A stretch of DNA of 64,000 bases from a virus. A model generated the notes under the pieces. That model saw only the letters and a program-made list of their open reading frames with translations, did no database searches and was not told the DNA's origin. Location: IMG/VR virus record IMGVR_UViG_3300015203_000007, positions 2,036 through 66,035 of that record, one strand, 5' to 3'. Both the position numbers and the translations under genes were made by a program. Each line of letters opens with the position of its first letter. Position 1 is the stretch's first letter. Shown piece by piece: positions 55,740 to 63,102 of the stretch.

Positions 55740-55958
55740 ATGAGCAAGATGGATATGACTCGCGCGAGTGACAAGATCGAGAGAAGCTTGTACATGCCGG
55801 GGGAACATCTCAGCACGGGTAAGCGCAAGATCATCTGCGAGAGAGCAATGGATATGACGTGGCTCACCCTTTCGGGTGATAGCGGAATACCGTTCGTCAC
55901 GATAACGTTGGATGCAGAAGGACACTTCAATCTTGAAGTGGATCAGAGCCAACTCTAG
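55740..55958 (+). CDS. hypothetical protein inside the tRNA array
   Basis: GGGGAG RBS, 72 aa. Confidence 0.55.
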   Translation: MSKMDMTRASDKIERSLYMPGEHLSTGKRKIICERAMDMTWLTLSGDSGIPFVTITLDAEGHFNLEVDQSQL

Positions 55959-55969
55959 AGAGAGAGCAA

Positions 55970-56626
55970 ATGAAAAGAATCATCGCAGGACTGATCGCTG
56001 TCTGCGCACTAGCACTTCCAAGTATCGCTTCGGCGCACTCTGGAACTGTGACGTGTGATACGACGAACGTCGTGTTCACGTATCACGCTGACTTCCCGCT
56101 GACAACTACTGTCACGGAGAAGGCAGGGGCAGTAACGAAGACGTTCAGTGTTCCCGCACACACGGCTGTTACGGATACCATTCCGTACACACCTTCCGGC
56201 GGAAACAACACTATCGTCGCTAGCTCTACATGGGTCGGTGGCGGGAGTATCCCTCCCACTACCCTCATCTGTGTCGGCCCGCCCCCTACGCCGAATCCTA
56301 CGCCCCCTGTGCAGCCTCCTGAGTGTGCAGCGGCGTGTCCCACTCCTACCCCTCCGGCGCGTCCTTTCTGCCCAGTAGGCGAGTCCGAGCGCAGCTACGA
56401 AAACGGGATCCTGACGTGCGTAGTCACGGTGATCGTGAATCCACCGGTTCCACCAACTCCGGTCTTCCCGCTTTGCCCGAAGGGAACTACTTCTCTCGGC
56501 GTCAAGCACGGAGTGATGGTTTGCCAGAAGGTCAAGATCAAGGTGGTCTACCGCGTCACGAAGATCGTGCGGTGGGTGCAATGGTGCCCGCTTCCGCCGC
56601 ATCACAAGCCCGGTGTCGCCGGTTAG
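55970..56626 (+). CDS. secreted Pro/Cys-rich protein
   Basis: Signal peptide MKRIIAGLIAVCALALPSIASA; beta-rich domain; two P.CP.G......G...C repeats. Confidence 0.7.
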   Translation: MKRIIAGLIAVCALALPSIASAHSGTVTCDTTNVVFTYHADFPLTTTVTEKAGAVTKTFSVPAHTAVTDTIPYTPSGGNNTIVASSTWVGGGSIPPTTLICVGPPPTPNPTPPVQPPECAAACPTPTPPARPFCPVGESERSYENGILTCVVTVIVNPPVPPTPVFPLCPKGTTSLGVKHGVMVCQKVKIKVVYRVTKIVRWVQWCPLPPHHKPGVAG

Positions 56627-56663
56627 GCGAGGGGCGCACCTGAACGTCCTGCTATCGACGGGC

Positions 56664-56691
56664 TTGACATCCTGGGTAAGATGTGTAAACT
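56664..56691 (+). promoter_or_regulatory. second tRNA-array promoter
   Basis: TTGACA-N16-TAAACT, 10 nt upstream of tRNA-Arg. Confidence 0.65.
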
Positions 56692-56701
56692 GCCCTTACA
56701 C

Positions 56702-56774
56702 ACCTTCTTAGCTCAGCGGACAGAGCATCTGGCTACGAACCAGACGGTCGGGGGTTCGATTCCCTCAGAGGGTT
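56702..56774 (+). tRNA. tRNA-Arg(ACG)
   Basis: TCTGG-CTACGAA-CCAGA. Confidence 0.9.
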
Positions 56775-56921
56775 CTTGACAACGCGGGTTGCAAACCGCA
56801 GTCAACCTACGCGACAGAGGTTACACGTCGTCGGTAAGTAATGCTATCGTTACGAGCATTGCCCCTCTGTGGTGGGGAAACGCTACTGTCAGTGGGTTGA
56901 TCGCCTCGACTGACACCCCAA

Positions 56922-56994
56922 TGGCTTGTAGCTCAGTTGGTAGAGCGCCACTCTGATACGGTGGATGCCGAAGGTTCAAGTCCTTCCAAGCCGA
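56922..56994 (+). tRNA. tRNA-Ile(GAT)
   Basis: CCACT-CTGATAC-GGTGG. Confidence 0.9.
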
Positions 56995-57084
56995 TATTCG
57001 CTCGAATTCTAGAAGTCGCGCGAAGACGCTCCTACTAGGCCAGTAGGAGATCCGGCGTACCGATGGGTAGTAGCCGGACTATTT

Positions 57085-57158
57085 GCCTCCGTAGCTCAAT
57101 TGGTTAGAGCAAGGGCCTCTTAAGCCCGAGGTTGTAGGTTCGAGTCCTACTGGGGGTA
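57085..57158 (+). tRNA. tRNA-Lys(CTT)
   Basis: GGGC-CTCTTAA-GCCC. Confidence 0.9.
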
Positions 57159-57324
57159 CTACTCTTCATCGGCTCCAAAAGATGTGTCAGCATCGAATTA
57201 GAGTCGGCAAGCATTGGACTGACATCCCGTGTGAGTTTCGGGGGCTATACCCGAGTGGAGAGCTAAACTAACCGTCCGGCAAGGTGACGGCGATGTTGAC
57301 ACTAAAAATCCTTGCTCTAAACTT

Positions 57325-57397
57325 TGATCGGTAGTTCAGTAGGTAGAACGCACGGCTGTTAACCGTGATGTCGCAGGTTCGAGTCCTGCTCGATCAG
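57325..57397 (+). tRNA. tRNA-Asn(GTT)
   Basis: CACGG-CTGTTAA-CCGTG; G73. Confidence 0.92.
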
Positions 57398-57411
57398 CTA
57401 GTACCACACAT

Positions 57412-57486
57412 GGTGTCGGGGGAGCCTTTGGCGGCTCTGTCAGGTTGTGACTCTGACCGCAGCGAGTTCGATTCTCGTCCTTCACC
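57412..57486 (+). tRNA. tRNA-His(GTG) with encoded G-1
   Basis: TCAGG-TTGTGAC-TCTGA; G-1:C73; two acceptor mismatches. Confidence 0.8.
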
Positions 57487-57564
57487 CTACCGGGCAGTTG
57501 CCTTCTCTTTGATGGGGATTAAAGCTGACGCAACGCGAGTGACATTGATCTCACCCGGTTTCAT

Positions 57565-57639
57565 GGACAAATAGCTCAGCTAGGTAGTAGCGCCTGTTTG
57601 AAGCACAGGAGGTCGCACGTTCGATTCGTGCTTTGTCCA
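57565..57639 (+). tRNA. tRNA-Phe(GAA)
   Basis: CCTGT-TTGAAGC-ACAGG. Confidence 0.9.
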
Positions 57640-57653
57640 CTGCACGACCACAT

Positions 57654-57734
57654 GCGTTAGATGGGTGCTGGATTACCCAAGAGCCTGTAAAGCTCCCTCC
57701 TTCGGGAATGTTGGTTCGAGTCCAACCTGGCGCA
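57654..57734 (+). tRNA. tRNA-Tyr(GTA), class II
   Basis: GAGC-CTGTAAA-GCTC; variable arm TCC-TTCG-GGA. Confidence 0.88.
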
Positions 57735-57749
57735 CTCTGTAGTACATAT

Positions 57750-57824
57750 GCCGTGTTGGGCGAAGTTGGTTAAGCCGCCACCCTCTCAAGGTGGAAATTG
57801 CGGGATCGTACCCCGCACACGGTA
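57750..57824 (+). tRNA. tRNA-Glu(CTC)
   Basis: CCACC-CTCTCAA-GGTGG; atypical ATCGTAC T loop. Confidence 0.85.
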
Positions 57825-57828
57825 CTCT

Positions 57829-57907
57829 GGGGGTGTAATGGTATCGACAGGGAGTAAAGCCGCACGCGGAGACTCCTTGCATCCGGGTTCGATTCCCGGC
57901 ACTTCCA
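57829..57907 (+). ncRNA. tmRNA-like RNA reduced to the tRNA-like domain (no mRNA-like domain)
   Basis: 5' GGGGGTG-TAATGGTATCGAC (stemless D loop, TCGAC); P2 AGGGAGT/ACTCCTT; T arm CCGGG-TTCGATT-CCCGG; acceptor with G3:U70 and A73. Confidence 0.75.
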
Positions 57908-57960
57908 TAGAGGCAGATGCCGCCGTACGCGCGACCAAGATTCTGTAAAGCATCAAACAT

Positions 57961-58032
57961 GCCGTGTGAGACAATTGGATGAGTTGCCGGACTTTCACTC
58001 CGGAGAAACGGGTTCGATCCCCGTACACGGTG
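57961..58032 (+). tRNA. tRNA-Glu(TTC)
   Basis: CCGGA-CTTTCAC-TCCGG. Confidence 0.9.
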
Positions 58033-58053
58033 CTTTGTGATATGATGGGGCGC

Positions 58054-58743
58054 ATGAAGATCGTTCCCATTTCGGACACCCACGGATTGCATCGGTGGGT
58101 TGGAGAGAGAGCACGCGGGGCCTATGGTCGCGACGTTCCTAAGATCCCGATGGGCGATGTCCTGGTTCACGCCGGAGACTTCTCCGGCTTTGGCGAGCGC
58201 ATGGAAACCATTGATTTTGCTGATTGGGTTATGAGCCTACCGCACAAGCACAAGGTTGTGATCGCGGGAAACCATGACTGGTTCGCTTTCAACAATCCGC
58301 TCGAAACGGAACAGCATTTCTCTAGGCGCGGAATCCATTACCTCTGTGATTCTGCTGTGACAATCGAGGGTGTCAAGTTCTATGGCACTCCCTACACGCC
58401 CATGTTCTATGACTGGGCTTTCATGGAGAGCGAGGATGAACTTGCAAAGAGATACGCGAAGATCCACACTGACACGGATGTCCTCGTCACTCATGGCCCA
58501 CCCTACGATATCCTTGACCAGAATCAACAGAAGATCCGTACGGGTTCGGTTGCCCTTGCTAATCGGATCGCTCAAGTACAGCCGCGACTCTCAATCTTCG
58601 GCCACATCCATGAGGGTAGGGATCCGCGTTGGACTTCTCAGGGGACATTTCAAGGTGACAAAACGACGTTCTATAACGTATCGTTTTTGAACATGGCATA
58701 CAAGCCTTACGGCATTCCTCAGCCGGTGATTGAACTTGGTTAA
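58054..58743 (+). CDS. calcineurin-like metallophosphoesterase (MPPED-like)
   Basis: SDTHG, HAGD, GNHD, THGPP, GHIHE; real start after tRNA-Glu. Confidence 0.9.
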   Translation: MKIVPISDTHGLHRWVGERARGAYGRDVPKIPMGDVLVHAGDFSGFGERMETIDFADWVMSLPHKHKVVIAGNHDWFAFNNPLETEQHFSRRGIHYLCDSAVTIEGVKFYGTPYTPMFYDWAFMESEDELAKRYAKIHTDTDVLVTHGPPYDILDQNQQKIRTGSVALANRIAQVQPRLSIFGHIHEGRDPRWTSQGTFQGDKTTFYNVSFLNMAYKPYGIPQPVIELG

Positions 58744-58882
58744 GCCACTCATCACCCGGCAGGATGTTGTCACGGGATGGTGTCCCGCCTGTAACAAGAT
58801 CACTCAGATGATCTGGACTAGATCACATACTCAGTGCGCTAACTGCCACACAATCGTGCAGTCGTGCTGCGAAGGAAACTAG
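58736..58882 (+). CDS. 48-aa Zn-ribbon peptide (not in ORF track)
   Basis: MVKPLITRQDVVTGWCPACNKITQMIWTRSHTQCANCHTIVQSCCEGN. Confidence 0.55.
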   Translation: MVKPLITRQDVVTGWCPACNKITQMIWTRSHTQCANCHTIVQSCCEGN

Positions 58883-58954
58883 CCCACTTAGCTCAGTGGA
58901 CAGAGCGGCGGTCTTCTAAGCCGCTGGTCGGGGGTTCGACTCCCTCAGTGGGTT
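58882..58954 (+). tRNA. tRNA-Arg(TCT)
   Basis: GCGGT-CTTCTAA-GCCGC. Confidence 0.9.
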
Positions 58955-58958
58955 CTAC

Positions 58959-59041
58959 GGATGATTGGCAGAGCGGTAATGCAGCAGATTGCTAATCTGT
59001 AAAGGGTCACTCCTTCGAAGGTTCGATTCCTTCATCATCCG
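58959..59041 (+). tRNA. tRNA-Ser(GCT), class II
   Basis: GCAGA-TTGCTAA-TCTGT; long variable arm; G73. Confidence 0.9.
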
Positions 59042-59064
59042 CTCAACGAGAGAAAGGGGAGGAA

Positions 59065-59460
59065 ATGTTCTACACGTTCTATCAGAACAACAGCGGTGGA
59101 TCTTTCCATGAGAGTCACGGGATCTGCAATCACGTCATCGTGGAGGCAGATAATGCCAATGACGCAAACAACCGCGCAGAGAACATCGGCCTGTACTTCG
59201 ATGGTTGCAACAAGGGCTTTGACTGTTCGTGCTGCGGAGATCGTTGGTACCCTGCATGGCGCGAGGAAGGCACTCAGAAGCCCATGATCTACAGCTTGGT
59301 CGTGGAATCGGGAACGGAGGACACGCTCAACATGATCGACTGGTGCGATTACGTAGCGTGGATTCATTACAAGGATGGCCGTGTCGAAGGCTTCAAGTTC
59401 ATCGACGGCGTGCTAGAGAACGTCGTGGACGGAGAGCCGAAGAAGGAACTGAATCCCTAA
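59065..59460 (+). CDS. conserved phage hypothetical protein
   Basis: MFYTFYQNNSGGSF...VIVEA...AN..AE.IGLYFDG...DCSCCGDRW. Confidence 0.7.
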   Translation: MFYTFYQNNSGGSFHESHGICNHVIVEADNANDANNRAENIGLYFDGCNKGFDCSCCGDRWYPAWREEGTQKPMIYSLVVESGTEDTLNMIDWCDYVAWIHYKDGRVEGFKFIDGVLENVVDGEPKKELNP

Positions 59461-59505
59461 GGGGATTAGGGTGGGGCGCGACATACCCTGAAATAACGCG
59501 CACAA

Positions 59506-59589
59506 GCGCGAGTGGCGAAATGGTAAACGCGCCGGGTTCAAAACCCGGTGGAGTAGCCCTCCATGTGGGTTCGATTCCCACCTTGCGTA
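59506..59589 (+). tRNA. tRNA-Leu(CAA)
   Basis: CCGGG-TTCAAAA-CCCGG; long variable arm; A73. Confidence 0.9.
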
Positions 59590-59620
59590 CTCAGAACGAA
59601 GGTGCTACAGTACGATCAAT

Positions 59621-59705
59621 GCGTGAGTGGCGGAACTAGGTAGACGCGCCAGGTTTAGGCCCTGGTGGTGGAAACATCGTGCGGGTTCGATTCCCGCTTC
59701 GCGCA
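59621..59705 (+). tRNA. tRNA-Leu(TAG)
   Basis: CCAGG-TTTAGGC-CCTGG; long variable arm; A73. Confidence 0.9.
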
Positions 59706-59737
59706 CTAAGACCTTCACAAGTCGGTTGAGAGAGAGA

Positions 59738-61402
59738 ATGTACAACTACGGAGCGGCTAGCGCGCTGACTCAGCGCAACATGGCTAACACAGTGAGGCAA
59801 ACAGCTTCGCTTGTGTCCGGCCATGACAGGATCAAGGAGAAGCAAGGCGAGAAGTGGGCCTGCATTCCGGAGCTACGCATCATTACGTGGCGTCCGACGA
59901 ATCCTTACAAGCCTGAACTAGTCCTCTCTGACGAAGAGGCGATGTGGCTGACGATCCATGAAGCTGCACACTTGGAAGTATCTGGTTCATACGATTCTCC
60001 TGAGTGGCCCGATGTTGATGATCCGGAACGCTTCCGGCGCTTTGTCAACTTCGTGGAAGACATCCGCATCGAGCGGTGGGCGAAGCGTAGATTCCCTGGA
60101 ACGGTGGATGTTTGCCATCGCTTCAACAAGTATTTCGACCAGCTACTTCTTAACACTGTGGCAGATCCCACTAACCCGGATATGCACTTGGTCGATCAAG
60201 TGTCATTCGGGTACTTGAACATGGCTGAGGATTTGCTAGTATGGGGCAGCGAAGAGTCCCGCGAATTCGTGGCAAAGACGTGGGATGAGATCGAGCAAAT
60301 CTGCCTGACATCGAAGAGCACTGCGGAAGTAGCCTCGCGCGTGCTACCGATCTATCAGCAGATCATGGAGGATCCGCCACCTACTGCGCCACAGAAAAGC
60401 CCCGCATCCAGTCCGCAAGGAGAGGCAGTAGGTGGCGGGGCTGACGGGGAACCGAATGAGGATGGCGAAGAAGGCGATGACGGTATGTATCGCTCTTCTG
60501 ACAAGGAGGGTAATCCTTTCCGTGGGATGTCTCTTGACGAACTCCTGAATGCCATCGCTAAGGATGCTGGCCCTGAGGTTGCGCGTAAGCTACGTGACTC
60601 TGCTCAGAGCGAGAAGAAAGAACAGCGCAATGCAGGGAACCTAGCTGCACAGGGAATTGGACTTGACGCTAGCACTGAGCGTGGAGATTCCCGTGACTGG
60701 GACAACGCGAAGTCTGAGATGAGAGGACACATCAATACTCTCTCTAGGCGTTTGCAGACACGCTTGCGTCACAATGAACAGGACACTTACTCGCGTAAGC
60801 TTAAGCGTGGATCCTTCGATGGCAGTAAGGCACATCGTTCTCTGAGAGGCGACAATAGGATCTTCAAGAAGAAGATTCAGATTGGACGCGCAGACTACGA
60901 TTTCGTGCTGACATTCGATTGTAGCGGATCACAGGCCCCACGGGTCAAGGAGATGCTAAAGTCGGCTGTGGTGGCGTCTGAGGCCATCGAGAGGGCAGGT
61001 ATGGGTCTGAGTATGATTACCTGGGATTCGGGCATGAGACACTTCAAGCCGTGGAACTCCCCGATCTCGCGCGTGAAGTCCAGGATGGGTTGGGATCTCA
61101 TGCACGCTGACGGAGGTACGGTGGAGGGATACGCTCTCCGCGTGGCCGAAGACCTGATCCGTCCGCGTCTCAACATGGGGCGCAAGGTCGTGCTCATCAC
61201 CATGACGGACGGGATGACTTCCGCGCCGGAAGAGTCCAAGGCGATCATGGCCGATCTCAAGCGCAAGGGAGTGCAGTCGGTCGGCATCGGTGTGATGTAC
61301 GCGGCTCCCCAGCATTACGACATCAAGCTCAGTGTCAATAACGCCGAGGAATTGGCGGGGGTTCTCCCTGGCATTCTCAAGCAAGTTGTCAAGCGTGGCT
61401 AA
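59738..61402 (+). CDS. vWA (MIDAS) domain protein with N-terminal HExxH region (CobT-like MoxR partner)
   Basis: IHEAAH; NFVED.RIE; DCSGS, GGT, TDG MIDAS; start after tRNA-Leu. Confidence 0.85.
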   Translation: MYNYGAASALTQRNMANTVRQTASLVSGHDRIKEKQGEKWACIPELRIITWRPTNPYKPELVLSDEEAMWLTIHEAAHLEVSGSYDSPEWPDVDDPERFRRFVNFVEDIRIERWAKRRFPGTVDVCHRFNKYFDQLLLNTVADPTNPDMHLVDQVSFGYLNMAEDLLVWGSEESREFVAKTWDEIEQICLTSKSTAEVASRVLPIYQQIMEDPPPTAPQKSPASSPQGEAVGGGADGEPNEDGEEGDDGMYRSSDKEGNPFRGMSLDELLNAIAKDAGPEVARKLRDSAQSEKKEQRNAGNLAAQGIGLDASTERGDSRDWDNAKSEMRGHINTLSRRLQTRLRHNEQDTYSRKLKRGSFDGSKAHRSLRGDNRIFKKKIQIGRADYDFVLTFDCSGSQAPRVKEMLKSAVVASEAIERAGMGLSMITWDSGMRHFKPWNSPISRVKSRMGWDLMHADGGTVEGYALRVAEDLIRPRLNMGRKVVLITMTDGMTSAPEESKAIMADLKRKGVQSVGIGVMYAAPQHYDIKLSVNNAEELAGVLPGILKQVVKRG

Positions 61403-61464
61403 GGTGTGGTAGTATTACCATAGGCCACGGGAGAATCCTTCTCTCTCTCGCCCGTGGTTCAGAG

Positions 61465-61501
61465 AAGCCCCGTAGAGTCCCCTAGGGATTCCGGGGCTTT
61501 T
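61465..61501 (+). terminator. intrinsic terminator ending the plus-strand block
   Basis: AAGCCCCG...CGGGGCTT followed by TT. Confidence 0.65.
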
Positions 61502-61504
61502 CGT

Positions 61505-61948
61505 TTAGGTGGCGATTTGAGGCGGCGTCTTAGGCAGCTTCGAGCAATCGTATCCCGGCGGGATTGTGCCGTAGAGAGCACGCACCTTGTAAAGACCGAT
61601 CAGAGACTTGTGGAGGCTCTTTACGTTCAATGCAGAACGATGACGCGCCGAAGCTGTGACAGTCTTATCCTTCGCGCCAGATTCAGAGATTGCCAGCGAT
61701 CTCTTCTGCGCAGCAATTGTCGGATCTACTAGCGCACGAAGACCACAAGCGGCATGGTTATTCGCGTAGACGGAAGCCTCGTTTAGCTGCTTGGAAACCG
61801 CAGCATCGGCAGCACCCTTCTGTGCGCGCACAATCGCCACCGTAGAAACGGCAAACGCCATCAAAACGACAATAAATAGTGCCGTGATGTAGCCACGAAT
61901 TAGTAGCTTCGGTACTGTGTCAGTCTTCTTGGGAAAGATTTCACTCAT
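61505..61948 (-). CDS. single-TM membrane protein (lysis-cassette-like)
   Basis: ATG at 61948; TM LLIRGYITALFIVVLMAFAVSTVAIV; two Cys. Confidence 0.6.
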   Translation of the reverse strand: MSEIFPKKTDTVPKLLIRGYITALFIVVLMAFAVSTVAIVRAQKGAADAAVSKQLNEASVYANNHAACGLRALVDPTIAAQKRSLAISESGAKDKTVTASARHRSALNVKSLHKSLIGLYKVRALYGTIPPGYDCSKLPKTPPQIAT

Positions 61949-62061
61949 TAGTATACTCCTGTTGCCTGTAGGATACCCATGCTCAAGCAGATCACGGCGA
62001 CGGAAATTAGCCACACTAGTGTAATCGGGGCTGTGCGCCAGTGATGCGCTAGGCGGGTCAT
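61948..62061 (-). CDS. 37-aa TM peptide
   Basis: MTRLAHHWRTAPITLVWLISVAVICLSMGILQATGVY; ATGA and TAATG overlaps. Confidence 0.45.
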   Translation of the reverse strand: MTRLAHHWRTAPITLVWLISVAVICLSMGILQATGVY

Positions 62062-62279
62062 CTCGAAATCATCTTGTCCAATGCAGTCGTTACCGGAAGT
62101 CCACACAGGCCAAGTCCAGCGATCAATAGCCACGGTCGATCCGCCGAAGACAGGATAGTTTCGTGGGCTAGAATACCTAGTCCCGACAACGCTAGAATAG
62201 CCTTGACGATTCGCGGGTACCAAATATCCCACGTCTGCGAAGCGCGCGATGTTGGGGGTGTAGGATTCTGCTCGCTCAT
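62058..62279 (-). CDS. two-TM holin-like membrane protein
   Basis: AILALSGLGILAHE...RPWLLIAGLGLCGLP. Confidence 0.6.
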   Translation of the reverse strand: MSEQNPTPPTSRASQTWDIWYPRIVKAILALSGLGILAHETILSSADRPWLLIAGLGLCGLPVTTALDKMISR

Positions 62280-62361
62280 TCATCTGTGCTTCCATGTGTG
62301 AGGGAATAGGGCATACTTCTCATATTAGCTAGTGTCATTGGACACGCTTAGTGCAATATGC

Positions 62362-63102
62362 TTAGGCAACCTTCATAGCTAGTAGTGGAGACGTAGTTGG
62401 TACGCAAGAGACATTGATGTATCCTGGAACCTGCACGCCAGCGCCTCCTCCCTGCGCCGAGAACTGACCGTTAGCGCCACCGCTGATGAAGCCTCGGATC
62501 GAGTAAGTGTGGGATCCTGCGCTTGGAGTAAGTCTGCGACGCACGGGTGCAGGAGTATAGTCCTGCGCACCAGTGGATCCCATGACACCAAGGATTCCGA
62601 CACTGGATGCACCGTCGTACAACACAGCGGCAAGATAGTTTGCAGACGATCCTGCAATCCACTGAGGGCTAAAGAACTCAATCCAGTAAGCATCAGTGCC
62701 ATTGCATGTAACTGCACCGGCAGTTACGACCGTGTTGGCGGTAGCTTCTGTTGTCGCGGAGATTCCTACGCCAGTAGTAAACTCGACGTATGAGATATCT
62801 ACGATGCTGTTACCTACACCCCTAGAGTAATCAGGTAGAGTGAAGGTTGTCGCGCCATCTCCTACCCCGAATGGAGCGGAACCATTGTTGGTAAGCGAGA
62901 AGAGCGCGCCGTACGTTACACGGTCAATAGCTTGTCCCTGAATGAGAGCCCAATTCGACGGTAGAAGTGCGCTCGAAAAAGGCCAAGAGATGATGGAACC
63001 AATTGGAACGGCATCATTTACGGCAGCAAGTTCCACCGTGCTCATGCGGTCGCCAAGGTTGATGACGTTGCCGAGGAAGTCGTCTTGTACTTGACTCTGC
63101 AT
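62362..63102 (-). CDS. tail fibre protein with tail-collar domain
   Basis: PIGSIISW...P.NWAL..GQAIDR.TY..LF...G.GDG.TTF.LPD. Confidence 0.85.
   Translation of the reverse strand: MQSQVQDDFLGNVINLGDRMSTVELAAVNDAVPIGSIISWPFSSALLPSNWALIQGQAIDRVTYGALFSLTNNGSAPFGVGDGATTFTLPDYSRGVGNSIVDISYVEFTTGVGISATTEATANTVVTAGAVTCNGTDAYWIEFFSPQWIAGSSANYLAAVLYDGASSVGILGVMGSTGAQDYTPAPVRRRLTPSAGSHTYSIRGFISGGANGQFSAQGGGAGVQVPGYINVSCVPTTSPLLAMKVA

Noticed and set aside
57979-58053. ORF-track N-terminal extensions (57979, 59627, 12641, 10153, 6256, 62014)
   Set aside because: They overlap tRNAs or neighbouring genes; better starts with RBS or coupled overlaps were used
61948-62295. 115-aa minus-strand ORF
   Set aside because: Better explained as two coupled membrane genes (62058-62279 and 61948-62061)
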